Assembly: GCA_030141605.1 (NCBI GenBank)
Contig: JAQGDQ010000465.1
Span: 62,001-126,000 of the forward strand
DNA length: 64,000 nucleotides
Source of the DNA: Tubiluchus corallicola
Taxonomy: Eukaryota > Animalia > Priapulida
Reading direction: 5' to 3'
Shown one piece after another: positions 33,801 through 46,870 of this stretch (positions within the stretch are counted from its first letter, which is position 1; each line of letters starts with the position of its first letter). Both the position numbers and the translations under genes were made by a program. A model generated the notes under the pieces. The model did not search any database. It saw nothing but the letters and a program-made list of their open reading frames with translations, and was not told the DNA's origin.

Positions 33801-36715
33801 AATTTGTAAAAATTTGATATCAAACCCCAAGGACAGGAAAGTTAGAGCACAGTCTGGACTTGAACCAGGGACTTCGGCATATAAGACCACCGTGTTTCCT
33901 GATGATTATGGCAACTGATGTAGATGGCTCACACTAGAGTGATTCTATCTAATTAGAATGAACTTCGGACTGTCATAATCACCCTGAAACACAGTGCCTA
34001 GTAGTTATGATGTTGGTGTTGCAAGCCGAAGGCCTCTATTCGGTTCAAGTCCAATTTCCCTGTCTTTCATGTTTGACATCGAAATTTAATTAATTGTGGG
34101 TTTGTACCACCACATGTAAATGTGATCAAGGAAGCATAATATTAGAACTAGCAAAAGCCCCACAAAAAATTTGCGTATAAATACACTTATAATCAATAAC
34201 ACATGAACATCTGATACAGTCCTCATTTGTAACGCAAAGCCAGTAGCAGCAGCTTTTACTGAATTAAAGCTATAAGGTTGACAGAGTATAATGGACGACG
34301 TCAGAACAATGCGAGACGTCAGTAGTTTTCCAAGCGAAAATTGCCAAAATAGAACATCTAATTAACTTGTCGTCACTCCTTTTGGCAGACTTCTCCTAAA
34401 ATGCAGCTCACATCATCACTGTTCTTCCTCCTTCTAAAGAGCTATATATCTCCTTTGGAAAGTCCTACCAGGCGCCGCCAGAACGTTTTTTCTGCAGGCT
34501 GTTTGACCAAAATGTGAAAAAAATCGCGAGTTGGGTCCGGGAAAACGCCTGTTACGGGACGCCGTGGCCTTCTCGCGAATTCTAAATACGCCTATGACAC
34601 ACACCGCTGAACGGGCTATTTAACCATTATCGGCACCACCCTCGGCCCATTCTCATTCTTCAGAAATAAGAGGTATAAGTTTTGCAAAAAATGGCCATTT
34701 TTGGAGGTTTTTCGCCCCCCATTCGTCCCGGTGGGCCCGATTCGAAAAATAAACCCCCTATGGCACGACACTAGATCGAGACCTTTCGTTTGATGTATAG
34801 ATCGCCGCAAATGGTGCCGTCGTCCGAGCTGTAGCCTCGAATCTTATATACCAGCGAAATTAATATATACGATTCTAGCACATGTACACATGTAAAGTAA
34901 TGAGTGGTCTTAAAATTCCAAAATTGCTTCACATTTTTTTACCAAACCCTTATCGGATCCAAAGCAGTTACAGTGAAACCGGGTCGCATCGAAAACCAAG
35001 CAGTGATTTGAATCGGAAGTTCCAGAGTAGCCAAGCTTCGCCCCACTCCTAATGTGTGCGGGTTTGGTTACGCAGAAAGTACAGTACGTGCTTTTTACCG
35101 CCAACAATATTTTACCATCATTTTCAGTTATTTCTGGTCTCTTTGCAGCTCCAAGTTATAACAACATACATTTCAGAATACATTCCTTATATGGTACAGT
35201 AGTGAACGTGACTGTGTCAACTGCACTGATTGTCATAAAAATAAATGATGACTATGACGATGATGACACAGTTATTATTAAACTTATGCACTGTCACAAT
35301 GAAATGAGTTTGTGAAGACAGGCTGATGAGTTATCAAATCAAGACGTTACCTTGTTGCGCCAGTGACAGTAACTTTGCCCGACGACCAAATACTTGCCGT
35401 TGTATATGGCTTCCTTAATTTCATTGTGACCATCTAAATTGTTATAAAAAAAACATTAGTCATTGTCAATAAAATAACTTGGAATATAAACGAAAATAGG
35501 CAGTATGAACTTGTTAAAAGTTTTTAGTAGGATAAGTTTGTAACCCCTAAAAAATTACAAGAAAACGTTTGCGGTGTTTTCTTGTAGTACTTGGCGCAGA
35601 AGATAACATATCGAAAATATCCAAAATGAGTACCGGAGGGGTCTAATTATGAGGTAAATTAGTCTACCCTAGTTGCTGGGCCAAATACTACAAAACATCA
35701 AAAAGTGTTTTCTTGCAGTTTTTGGGGAAGGACAATTTATTACATTATACTGACGCTACTATCTTCTACTTATTGCATGAAAATTTTGTCACGATAATAA
35801 TGCGAAACAACACGAATGTTAAAGGCACAAAAAGCAACAAACACATTTCACTGGGCAAATAACTTTCAACAGAAGCCATTCTTCAAGAAACAAAATTTGA
35901 AAAAAGTTTAAAGCATAAGAAAATGCTTTTCGTAAATAAAGCTTAAAGAATTCATCTTGAAAATTTATATGGCAAACATGCTGTCTATTGCATACAGAAC
36001 TAGTGCAAAAAAAATTGTAAATTTGAACTCCAGCCATGACTGTCGGGCGAAGCCATTTTAATGGTAAGTGATTTTAAACAACTTTGAATGATACTGAGCC
36101 ATAGTTTAAAAAAATAATCAGGGCATTCACACATACTCTTCACTAACTAAGGAAAAGTATAGATTCCTTTGTACACTCAGTAAGAACAATAATGTGCTTT
36201 TTGGTATCTTACTGGTGCACACTGGGACGGCAACGCAATACAGAAATGCTTTACCCAATTGGCACAAACTAAATTATCCCTCAAAGTGTGAAAAATGAAG
36301 ATTTCACATAAATTTTTAATGCACGAATAATAAGTTTTCTCTTCACCAATCAATTAAGTTATTAAGAATTTTCTTTTCCAATTACATAGGTCTCTCAAAC
36401 AAGTAAAAGCAAAATGCTAAGTAGTATAACTTTGTAGGAAAACTTTTTGGTTCAGGTTTAGATTCAATGCCTCTGACTCCTTTATATCTCGGGGTTGATT
36501 GCCAAAAAAGGCTGTCAATCGGCAATCACAATAAACAGCATTGGTAAAATTGCACATCAATATTTGTTATATTCTCGCTTGCATTATTTCACAAAGAAAA
36601 TCTTTAGTACCATTAATGTTGTCTCCAAATAACAAACAGTTAAATTGTTTTTCCTTGGTATTTCCTTACCAGTTTTTCTCTTTCTTGATCATAAACATAT
36701 GTAGTAACATATATA

Positions 36716-36756
<41 letters not shown>

Positions 36757-38114
36757 ATTTGTAGTAACACATGCTTCAAATCTTCAATAACATCATTAGT
36801 CTTTGATTTTCAAGAAATTTCCATTTATATAATGCATTTCCTCTCAACTCCAGAGCGTCAATTCTTGCTTTAAACAGCAACTCAAATTTCCAAGAATCAA
36901 CCATCCACACTTCAAAAAGTGGTTGACATTCATTCCTACTAAATTTAATTGCTGTAAAAAACCCATCCAGTTAATTTCTCCAAATCTACACACAAACCTC
37001 ACAAACTTTCCTTTCTATTAAATTAATCCAACCGTCTCTGTCAAATTTACATCTACTCATTTTACTAATGTTAATTTACTAAGGCCTTGCTGTGATAAAT
37101 CTGCAAGCTCTAATGTTACCATAAACTCCCAAATTAAATTTATCCAAATTTGGGATATTCTTTTTATTCTCCTTTAAGCTAACATGTTTAAGAAAACATC
37201 AACCGGTTATTCAGCACGATATATGTCAACGTTTATTTTATAAACCAGCGATTAATTAAACCAGGGGTGTGCAAATTGTGGCCCGCCGAGAGAATTTGTG
37301 CGGCCCGCGAAGAGATTTATCAGCCTAATGAAAGTGCGGCCCGAGCGATTGAGTGTATCCAGCTGAAGCCCATGCCACGATCCCAAAGATAGTGCGGGTA
37401 GTTTTTTCTACTAGATCGGATGCCATTAACCCTTACAAGACGGTTGTAGCTTAATGTCACTATACTACACAGACTGTGTGATACACATTACTAATATGCA
37501 TTGTAATGAAATTGCCACTATCTGTCCTGAAAGTAGAAATATATGGTTTGTAATATAAATTTTAATAACTTCGAAAATAGTTTCCTGAGTGTAGTAGGAG
37601 ATGTATGCAGGTCGGATGCAAAAAAATCGTTATTAAGCCCTACTGTACTTGGCTCCTTGATCGAACTGCCTGTGGCCCGCAAGAATTGTGGGAAAGTTTA
37701 ATGTGGCCCGGCTAGTCAGATAATTTACACACCCCCGAATTAAAAAATAAAACTTACTGCATTCTCTTTTTTATATTCAACATTCATTCCCTCCATTGCT
37801 ACATGCTTCAGGTTAATGTGACATCGAACGCTAAATGAGCAAACCACGTTATTAATTTCTATACAAATCTCGGTAGCCGGCTCGACGTCGCCGTTGCTCG
37901 ACGCCTCGTTCGCAGTGTGCTCTTGTAACGGCTCCTGAAACGCTTCCGCACTTATTGGCAAGTCATCGATCACATCGGCATTAAAATCCGAATAATTTGT
38001 GTTCGCATATTTGCTTGTCTCGTGTATCTCTGCAAGCATTTCTTCTGCCGTAGGTAAAGTGTCGTGATTCTGTAAACCCATCAGCGCTTTTACTGTATCA
38101 TCCTCGGTTGCCAT
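27886..38114 (-). CDS. TBPL1: TATA-binding-protein-like factor TBPL1/TRF2, about 317 aa
   Basis: Exons 38114-37758, 35433-35351, 33697-33530, 30322-30228, 28136-27886 (954 nt) give [16 protein letters not shown]...[44 protein letters not shown]...VVNVLGTC...[13 protein letters not shown]...[29 protein letters not shown] and [10 protein letters not shown] distinguish TRF2 from TBP. Acidic N-terminus; basic KKRKR plus acidic tail. Confidence 0.95.
28270..28803 (-). mobile_element. Family B DNA transposon copy (partial)
   Basis: Reverse complement of 21251-21911, e.g. TTTGAAGCATCATAATGTAGTTTTAACTATGCC. Confidence 0.65.
30473..30890 (+). mobile_element. MITE family with TTTAAA(T)CTCCCGC inverted ends
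   Basis: Inverted ends visible; internal GCAGCCATTTTAA...TTTGAAACAAG shared with about 29008-29420 and 36022-36450. Confidence 0.55.
31770..32005 (-). mobile_element. Decayed non-LTR retrotransposon reverse transcriptase fragment (RTE-X-like)
   Basis: Minus strand reads [26 protein letters not shown]...[17 protein letters not shown], then after a frameshift EMLNIFEIY...ITFNPKKT. Confidence 0.8.
31965..33283. repeat. 59-bp minisatellite, about 22 copies, TBPL1 intron
   Basis: Unit GAACAAGACTGGAGACAGTACTCCACCCTGCCCTACTCCAGATATTTCCTATAGTAGCT. Confidence 0.95.
34148..34872 (-). mobile_element. Possible non-autonomous Helitron
   Basis: On the minus strand it begins A|TCGTATATATTAA and ends GTGGGGCTTTTGCTAG|T; no TIR or TSD; GC-richer than the flanks. 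Confidence 0.5.
37262..37737 (-). mobile_element. hAT MITE family A, 20 bp from a TBPL1 splice donor
   Basis: TIRs CAGGGGTGTGCAAATT / AATTTACACACCCCCG; TSD AATTAAAC/AATTAAAA. Confidence 0.88.
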
Positions 38115-38560
38115 GGTTACAGAATCTAAAATACAAACCAAAAATTAATATCAACAAGTAGTTTGAGCTAAAAAGCTTTTGAAATTATCTAAAAAGTTCT
38201 GGTTATGATAAACAAGAGTAAATATTCACAGTTCAAGCACTACTTATTTTTCTTTACAGCATTGCATATCTTAACACATGTTCTTTTTCCATCTTTCCTG
38301 ACAAATCAGTTTGCTCAGGACCACAAAGTACGTTAGACTAGTAGCATAATAGCACATTCAGCATATTAGCGAATTTTCTGTTATGAGTTTCTCTCTGATA
38401 GCAAACTTGCAAGTTTGAACTGCTTTGTGAGTTAAGTCAACAAGTTATTGAAAACAGTTGTTAGGAGTTGATTTCCTTCAAGCTGCCGAATGCTTCGACA
38501 AGTTACTTGATCAGTTTCAAGCAGTGAATAGAAAGCAGCTTACAGCAAATTTTGTTCTCT

Positions 38561-39012
38561 AGTCTGAACATGCTTGTGAGTTACCAGAACACACGCTTGT
38601 GAGTTACCCGACGATAAACTCACTAGTCTGAACATGCTTGTGAATTACCCGACGATAAACTCACTAGTCTGAACTTGCCGTAAGCCGGCACATAGACCAG
38701 TATAATTGTCTATTATATTGCACAATAGCATTAAGCATCTGTAGGCGACATAGAAGATTGCACAATATTACTGTGTAAATATTGCACAATATTACTTCGT
38801 AAATATTGCACAATATAATTGTAAATTAAACTGTGCATGCTTGTGAGTTACCTGACGATAAACTCATTAGTCTGAGCTTGCCGTAAGGCGGCACATAGAC
38901 CAATATAATCGTCTATTATACTGCACAATAGTATTAAGCATCTGAAGGCGCCATAGAAGATTGCACAATATTACTGTGTAAATATTGCACAATATAATTG
39001 TCAATTAAACTG
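38561..39012. repeat. Complex local tandem duplication
   Basis: CTTGTGAGTTACC.GACGATAAACTCAC and GCCGTAAG.CGGCACATAGACCA...ATTGCACAATAT blocks are repeated 2-4 times. Confidence 0.75.
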
Positions 39013-39179
39013 TGCTTAAAGTCTTCACTGTGCCCACTCTGTTAGACGAACAGGCACTATTAACTCTTCTGAATACAGAGAAAGTGCGAAAGGCATTAAT
39101 CTCAGATTCTTTTTTAACTCCCTGTTTTGTCATCTTTGTGCAACTTAAGTTCAAAACTTCCTCATTTTCTCATCTCCAT

Positions 39180-39470
39180 TGCTTCTTTTATATAATTAAT
39201 TACTCCTCGTAAATCATCAGTTTCTTCACACTTAATGATGTTTCCATTTAAAATTTTGTGGTTAGGCAACATTTTTCTTATTACTTCACATTCGAATAAG
39301 TGCTCTATAGTATCATCGTCTCTTTTACACAGTGGACATTTTAAAATTTTCTTTGCAAGAACTTTTGCAGTTACACTTAACCATCACCGTAATCAGTTTA
39401 ACTTCAAATACCTATTTCAATTCTTCTAACTTCACTACATTCACCTTAACTCAAAAATCTTAAGTTTTGC
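39180..39470 (-). mobile_element. Non-LTR retrotransposon ORF2 C-terminal zinc-knuckle remnant
   Basis: Minus strand reads KILKCPLCKRDDDTIEHLFECEVIRK (CX2CX8HX3C). Confidence 0.6.
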
Positions 39471-39519
39471 ATAGACCGTAGGTTAAACATTTACAGAATT
39501 TCAAAAAGCAAGATTTTTG

Positions 39520-39970
39520 TATCATCATGTCATATCCATTCAGTCATAGATGTTAGGCATCTCTGCCTGTTGGCCGATCATAACTGTCAGCACTTTAGAA
39601 ATTTGTTGGTGGCACAGCCTCATAGCTGTATCGGTAGTCCAGCCTCATATTATCTAGTTTACTTTTAAGAGGTTACGGAGTTTGCAAAGACAACATTCTC
39701 AGAGAGGTTTTTCCAATGATCTACAATCCTCATCCTGAAGAAATTGTGTCATGTAGCAGTGCGACTATACCTTTTTTAACTTGCATGGATGTCCCCTAGT
39801 TCTTGCTTAATAATCTCTTTGCAGGATCTCAGCATGCATACTGTACATTCCATGAGTAAACTTATATACTTCTATCAGATCACCTCTGACCTGTCTGTAC
39901 CTCACACTAAACAACTCTTAAAGCATTTAGACACTCCCTCTAATGCTTTTAGACGCTTTATCCCGTCTTT
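39520..39970 (-). mobile_element. CR1-clade LINE 3' end remnant
   Basis: Minus strand, with frameshifts: RGDLIEVYKFTHG...RTRGHPCKLKK...HNFFRMRIVDHWKNLSENVVFANSV, typical of the CR1 ORF2 C-terminus. Confidence 0.75.
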
Positions 39971-42900
39971 ATGTCAAGTTTCCAAAATCCCCTTCAACAA
40001 CTATAATTCATTAATTGTGGAAGGGAAGTCACCACAAGGCTATTAGCAGCAAAACGAAGCCACATTTTCCTTGGTAATAACGATCAGTAAAGCTCAAAAA
40101 TCCCTCAGTAAAATAACCTGTTTTCTGAAAGACATGGTTAGAAACTGCAAATCGGCGTTGAAATCGGGTTCAGATGCAAAAATAATCTGTAAGTGTAACA
40201 AAATTCTTCGTCATTGCAAAAGAAATTTCCAGACTGGCCATTCACGTGCAACTTTAACTTTGAGAGTTGAATTGAACCGAGAATTAAATTGACATTGATT
40301 ACAGAATTTAATTAGACCAGTCAATAATGAAATCAAACAACCAATCACAGCTAATTACAAACGCTAACTTTCATACATTGATTACACACACTGACATTGC
40401 ATAATTACATACATTGACTTACGGCAATCACAACAGAACTTAAACCAAAATAACAATTTTGAGTTTTAAACAATGAGAATACAATAAACCGCACAACAAA
40501 AACCGAAAAATTCTAAAAAGCATTCTATCAACGAAGCTACTTAAACTAGGCTTCTGGGCGCAGTGGAAATCTTTACATAGAGAATCGTTGCTTTACGTAG
40601 CGGGACCATAACAAGCGCCACAGATACGTTATAACTTATCACTTTTATCTGTTGTCAGTTTATCCCAGTCTTTGTCCAAACGTAGCAGTTTTTAACTTTG
40701 GTTTCGTAACAAACGCATCATGCACGACCACAGAACTGCAATTACAATTACAGTCCATTCACGACAGAATTCACATCACTTCATTTGAATAGCCAAACAG
40801 GATTTGTCTGATTCGGGTATGAATTCACTTTTCACTCAGTTTTTGGAGACTCCGACGTTAATTGTAAGACAACTGAGAGGACCAGAGCTAGTATTACCTT
40901 TAATTTTTTACCTGATTCTACTTATTTTTTCGACTGTCTAGTGCTGTCTTGACCTTTTCTGTTTCCATTATTATCCATTTATTCATTACAGCAATTTAGA
41001 TATTTGCTCAAAGTAGCTCACACAATAACCTGAAGAAGTATCTCTCAATTAATTCCATGTTATTTATGTACTATTACATGTAAAATGTAAATTTTAATAA
41101 AATATCAATTTAATGATTCTACAAACCTACAATTAATAAAACTTTGAAATGTCCACAAAAACAGGAATTTGCCAAAAAATTGGAGTAATGGCATGGATTT
41201 GAACAGGAACCTCCTACTTACAAAAAACATCGATGATTCAGACCACTAAGTCACCACATTCCCTAAAAATGAGGCAGTCCAGAATTCACCATTATAACTG
41301 GTACTATAATCGCTACTGTGGAAACCATTTCGACTAACAAAGCTTTCCATATGGATCTCCACTGATTAGTTTGCATTCATTTTTATCGATAAATTAACTT
41401 TTACAATTTGATTTACAGTTTTCTGTGTCATTAGAATTCGCTAAACTTTCCTGGACAGTTACAGTCATTTCAGCTGGACAAACAGAATTTTAATGAACTC
41501 ACAATGCAGTAAAAAAGCGAGACAGAATTTAACAAAAGAATTTTAGGAAATTAAACATATAATAGAAAGTAAAAATAGGTGCATTATGCGTAAAACCATA
41601 TAATTTTTTATGTAATCATTTAATTACCAAATAAACTCTGAGCCATCCTATAGCTATTGCTGAGGTCATGTGCTTCACCCATACTTTCCTTAACCTCCTA
41701 TCCTGCCTGATTCCTGAGATTCTCTTCTATAGTATCGATATCCACTCCTGCTTCCTCCTTCACTTCTAACTCCTTTAGGGATAAATAAGCTGTTTGCTAT
41801 CTCTTCGTATATGTAGGTCTATGCGACCTTCGGCCAAAAAACGATGCTTGCTCCTTGCTCCTAACGAAAGACTTAATTCGTTAGAGGCAGTGTAAATTGT
41901 TTTCGTATTATTTTCGTTGCCAGATGGCAGCACCACGCAGCATCCAACCTAAATGCGCGCACAGCAGTCGGGTGTATTTATTGTGGAGTCCACAATAATT
42001 ATAAAGATCCCACAAACTACTTTTTTCTCGCCTAGATGTGGAAGTAATGTCAAAAGTTTTCCAACCTATCAGCTTGCTCGGTGAGAAAAGGGAACACCTA
42101 CTGGGTTGCCCTGACCGATTCGACGCCTAAGCCTTCCCTAGGACTAATCGCTTTCTGATCGCCTAAGAATAGAAAAAATGTGAGAAAGGCGGTTACTCTT
42201 AAAATTTACGCTGTACAAGTTCCCAGCGTGAGCGAAGCATATCCCCAAATCAACTGTTAAATTCATTAACCTATAATCTCTAATGAATTTATGATTATTA
42301 ATAACTTAATGATAATTTGTCTCTTTTGCTGTAATTATTTTATTTATCTGCTACTAATAATAATAATAATAATAATAATAATCTTTTATTTATCTTTTAA
42401 CACACACAGTTACAATACAATTAATTTAGCAACAAAAATGTGAAGAAAGGGCAGCGAAAGACCAATTGGTCATCTAGTCAGCTGCCCTTTGGTTAGTGAT
42501 GAACATTTTTTAAAGGCGCTATGCTACAGTGTATTAGTGTTAGTACTGCTTATAATAAAAATTAAATTGTTAGGAATGACATAAAATTGATAATGATATG
42601 CTTATAATGTGTTAGTACAATTCATACACAGTAATAATAAGTGCATAATAATAATAATAAAAAAATCAAACTGAAGATAACTGAAATAAGGACTGAAACA
42701 AGAACTGAAATAAAAATCTGACATCAGGAACATAATAACAATGGCAACTGAAATTTACTTTATAACGCAAGCATAATGTAAAAAAAAAAAAAATTGGAAA
42801 CTAACGAATTGGAAATTGTGCTACAAGTTCGAAATAAATAATAATACCTTCCCTAATATCTGTCTTTTCCCTGTTTTAATTCCCTTAAAGGATTATTAAT

Positions 42901-45340
42901 TTCTTGTAATACAAATAGAATTAAAGCTGTTAGGTCCACCTCTGATCTACATGGGAAAAGATTATGCTGATAGATAAGTTATTGTTCAACGGTGAAGCTT
43001 AATTATCTCTAGCGAACAGCACCTAATTTGGAAAGAAGCACACGTGTATAAACTCCAGACATTTTGGTGTCTAGATTTTTATGGGAAGAAGGGCCCAGGG
43101 AACGTAACCTTATACAAATTATAATTAACAATCTTCTACAATTATACATTTGTCATGAATAAAATTTAATTTGAAAGAAAATTGACAACTTGAAGAGCAG
43201 GAAATGTGAAAAAGTAGGGACACAATTTGGATTTGTACCAGAGACCTTGTGGTTATAACTCGGACATCTTGGACCACCAGTTAATTAATTCTGGATTCGT
43301 TTCACCATTAATGTAACTTATTTCACCATTGTTCAATTTTAATTACCCATTTTGCTAGATTTTCTTGATGCTACAAGTTACATGTATTTGCAACATTCAG
43401 AAAAGCACAGGTATCGGGCAACAGAATCACTCAAACGTAGTAATATCAAGTGCTGTTTTACTCAAGAAAGTCCGATAAAGTCAGGTGAGCTAAACACACG
43501 TGTTGAGAAGCAATTTACAGGAAGTAGTCAAACACAAACGAGTCAAAAGGCAAATTTTAGCAAGATGATCTTTTGCTTACTTGATATCTGCTTGGACTTT
43601 CTTTTACTACCCGAAAGAGGTATCAATAGAAATAAACAACAGCACAAAAAAACAACAAACTATTAATATCAACCAAAACACTGTATTATCCAATCTCATC
43701 CAATTTCACACGAACAATACCCTTATAAAAGCGTCGTTGCAAAATTAAAAACTATTTATTCAAATAAAGAAAGCAATTTACCAAGTTAATGGCTTGGTGC
43801 ACAGCTTTTTAGCCACAAATGCCGCTATAATGTTTGCCAAGTATAACACCTTTTTGGCAGCTTTCCCTACGTTAAAGCCACTGTGGCTGCTATAATGTGT
43901 AAATCTAGCGCAGACAATTTAGCAAACCTTGCTAATTAAAGTAGCGAGTTACCTTTGAATGACACGACATCCATTTTTCTATCAAGTAATTACTTAATAT
44001 TTATTAATGTAGGCCTAGCAGGTATTAAATGGTAGGTGTTTATAAAATGCCCAAGTAGTGTGCTGAACAGTTGGTACTATTTATTACAGACTGTCTAAAC
44101 TGTCCAATATATCTAGTTTGCGGAGTTGTTTCAGTCTACGTTTAACAGCAAGTTTAACTTAATGAAAGGTAGATTTCCAAATACACAACTTTGCAAAAAT
44201 AGCAAGTTCAGGATTTCCTTAAAATGAAATGTATAAGTTTCAATGAGGTACACAGTTATGCATATATATACAAATCAATTACAAAAGCTGCATTTATTTG
44301 TGAACACATGACATAAATATCAGAGAAAATTCCATAAATTAATACAAAGGTGCAGCATAGACCACAAGATAAAACCCGCATATCACGTTTCGCAACATCT
44401 CCGTCGAATGTACAATTGGCATCAGTACGCGAAATAAAATCTCGACAAGTCACCATGAAACAATATGCGTACAACGCTGTGTTCCATAAACAAACAATTC
44501 ATACACATTCACATGTGTAACTGCAGACCTTTTCAGAATGCAAGATAAGGCCAAAGTTTTGACTAATATAAAGTGCGAGTCAAAAGGAAAATTGAACTGT
44601 AGCTATTGAATTTTAATTAACAAAATTAAAATTTAGTATAAATAGGGCAGTTATTGCTAATTTTGACAGAAATTTATGCACTAAATAGGTTTTGAATACA
44701 GTATGCAATTGATTAGCATGTTAAGCACAAGGTTATGAATAAAAAGCAGTTTTTCTTTGTTTAATAGAACTTTTACTAGAATTTAAGAAAAGACACAATA
44801 ATTTTTTCCTTACACAATGCATTAGGCGAAGGGGTAGTTTCCGTTCCTGCAACTACTTAAAGAGCATTAATAGGTTAGCAGCAAAAAAACAAGAAATCTT
44901 AAGAAATTCACTAGCTTTTCATGGTGCAAGTCCAGTTATATAAAACCTTGATGGGAAAAATCCCATCCACAAACATGTTTTAGAAAAATCAAATTGTTAA
45001 ATGCTCAAAATTGGTTTGTGATATTTCACCATTGAAAATATGACCAAGACCTTGACCATAAAATCCGTAAAAATCCTTATTTTAACAACTGCGTAGCATT
45101 ACATAACTTTTACTATTCAACTAACCTGCAATTAAATAGCTATGACATTATGCAACGCATCAAGTATGGGCAAAAGATATATTAGAAAATGTATATTATA
45201 AACCCAAGAACACATGGTTAGCAACTTGCATATAACAACAAATATGAATCAACAACCAATACATTGCACATTGCAATCAGCAGTCATCACACGGACTAAA
45301 ATATAGCAGTCTCTTCAATTTCCTATAAAATTATAATGCA

Positions 45341-45976
45341 TCAGTCATAATGTTCTTTGCCCTTGTAAAATGTTGCATCGTACGTAGCAAGCTGCCTCCC
45401 GATGTTCCCAATAGTGACACCACCAGAAAAGAATATGCAAGGCAACCATGATCGAATGTACAAAAAATCTGGTTCCGTGTACTGACAAATGCCACTGTAC
45501 ACCAGTATCTGAGTCACAAATGTAGCAATAATGGCTATCCCTATGCCGAGGCCAAATCCACTTCTAGATCGGTCAAAAACCCACCAGAGTCCAAGCGACA
45601 GAGCCGCGAGCGTGAGCGAAAGTTGCAGGTTATTTGCAAAGTCGATTTTTGCACACGCGTGGTTGATGCCCACAAACACGGCAACGCATCGCATTACGCT
45701 AGGCCACTCTCGTTTAAAGTGCTGTTGTTCACCAAGCGTTTTGTCAAGGCATGGATACAGTAGTCCTATAAGAGTCGCGGCTCCACCACAAATCGGAGCG
45801 ACCCACCAGTCTTTAGAATTTGAAAGACTTGCTAATACTTCTGTGGTAAATTTGCGCTGAATTTGCAGCACATTGAGCATCAGTGAGAAGAAGACTCCAA
45901 TAATGAACAGCAATATTCCTCGCACAAGTAAATACAAGAGAACTTCCAGTTTTTGCTGAATTTTTACCACAAACAT
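45341..45976 (-). CDS. INSIG: Insulin-induced gene protein (INSIG), 211 aa, whole CDS in one exon
   Basis: The ORF contains RG.LLF.IGVF...[66 protein letters not shown] and [29 protein letters not shown] splice acceptor (ttttctctAG) opens the exon at 46020, and a likely upstream UTR exon donor (ATG/GTGAGT) lies at about 47789. Confidence 0.96.
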   Translation of the reverse strand: MFVVKIQQKLEVLLYLLVRGILLFIIGVFFSLMLNVLQIQRKFTTEVLASLSNSKDWWVAPICGGAATLIGLLYPCLDKTLGEQQHFKREWPSVMRCVAVFVGINHACAKIDFANNLQLSLTLAALSLGLWWVFDRSRSGFGLGIGIAIIATFVTQILVYSGICQYTEPDFLYIRSWLPCIFFSGGVTIGNIGRQLATYDATFYKGKEHYD

Positions 45977-46210
45977 GTTGAAAGACTAACTTCAGTTCTG
46001 CTTTCCGTCCCTCAGCAAACCTAGAGAAAACGCCAAAGAAAAATTAAAGTATGAAAGAACCATTTATGTTTTGCAATATCTTAATAATGACAGTCTAGTA
46101 TTTGGTGTACAGCTAAAAGCAACAGTGAAATTATTTTTTACTGCAAAGGAGCAACAGCAAAAGAGAAAAAAAACATGTCTAGGGTGCAATTAAAAAAAGG
46201 TGATTACCGA

Positions 46211-46870
46211 TTAGTGGTAGTAGTAGTAGTAATAGTAGAAGTACTAGTAGTAGTAGTAGTTGTAATAAAATCTTTATTTGCCATTTTAAAAACATTGACC
46301 ATCATAATAAAAGACAGACAATCAGTGTTAGTTCATATAAAAAACATACACTGTTCTGGGCAAATGCGTCTGGTGCAAGCTAAACTATAAGTGCAACTAG
46401 AAATTCAGAAATAAAATATAAACTAGTTTAGTAAGGTCTAGGAAAAATGAAATTATGATTTGAGTAAGTATTCGTGTTCGTATGTCGGATATTGAAAACG
46501 AGTCATTAAATGTTTTTTTTAATTTAGACTTGAATATTGATAAAGAGCTGCTGTGTTTTAGTGATGTCGGTATTGAATTCCAAAGTTGTATTGCTTGCTT
46601 AGTAATGGAATTCTTTCCATATTGATTGTTCGTTCTAATGTTTCTTAAATTCAGCGTTCTGTTATTCATACTGGGGTTTTTAAGAAGTGGGAGCTTATTG
46701 TTTCTGAAAGGAGAATTATAGAGAAACAATTGAGTTTGATAATCTCTGTGGGCTTCTAATATCGGGATTTTCATGGAGTTTCTTAAAGAGGTGGCAGAAT
46801 ATTTACTTGTATTGTGAGATGATTTCAAAGAATTACTGTAGATTGGCAGGGAGAAGCGCATAAGTAGGCT
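46211..46870 (-). mobile_element. 5'-truncated L2/Crack-type LINE in the INSIG 5'-UTR intron
   Basis: ORF 46397-46999 contains RTNNQYGKNSI...IQLWNSIPTSLK...SLSIFKSKLK, followed by AATAAA and a (CTA)n tail at about 46211-46263. Confidence 0.7.

Noticed and set aside
33900-33987. C/D-box snoRNA-like TGATGA...CTGA segment
   Set aside because: It lies on the strand opposite the host gene and is explained as the centre of the inverted tRNA-like repeat pair.
41384-41740. Two DRE motifs (TATCGATA) upstream of TBPL1/TRF2
   Set aside because: Attractive because Drosophila TRF2 partners DREF, but a few copies of this AT-rich 8-mer are expected by chance in 64 kb, another lies in an MSH6 intron (4787), and the TSS is unknown.
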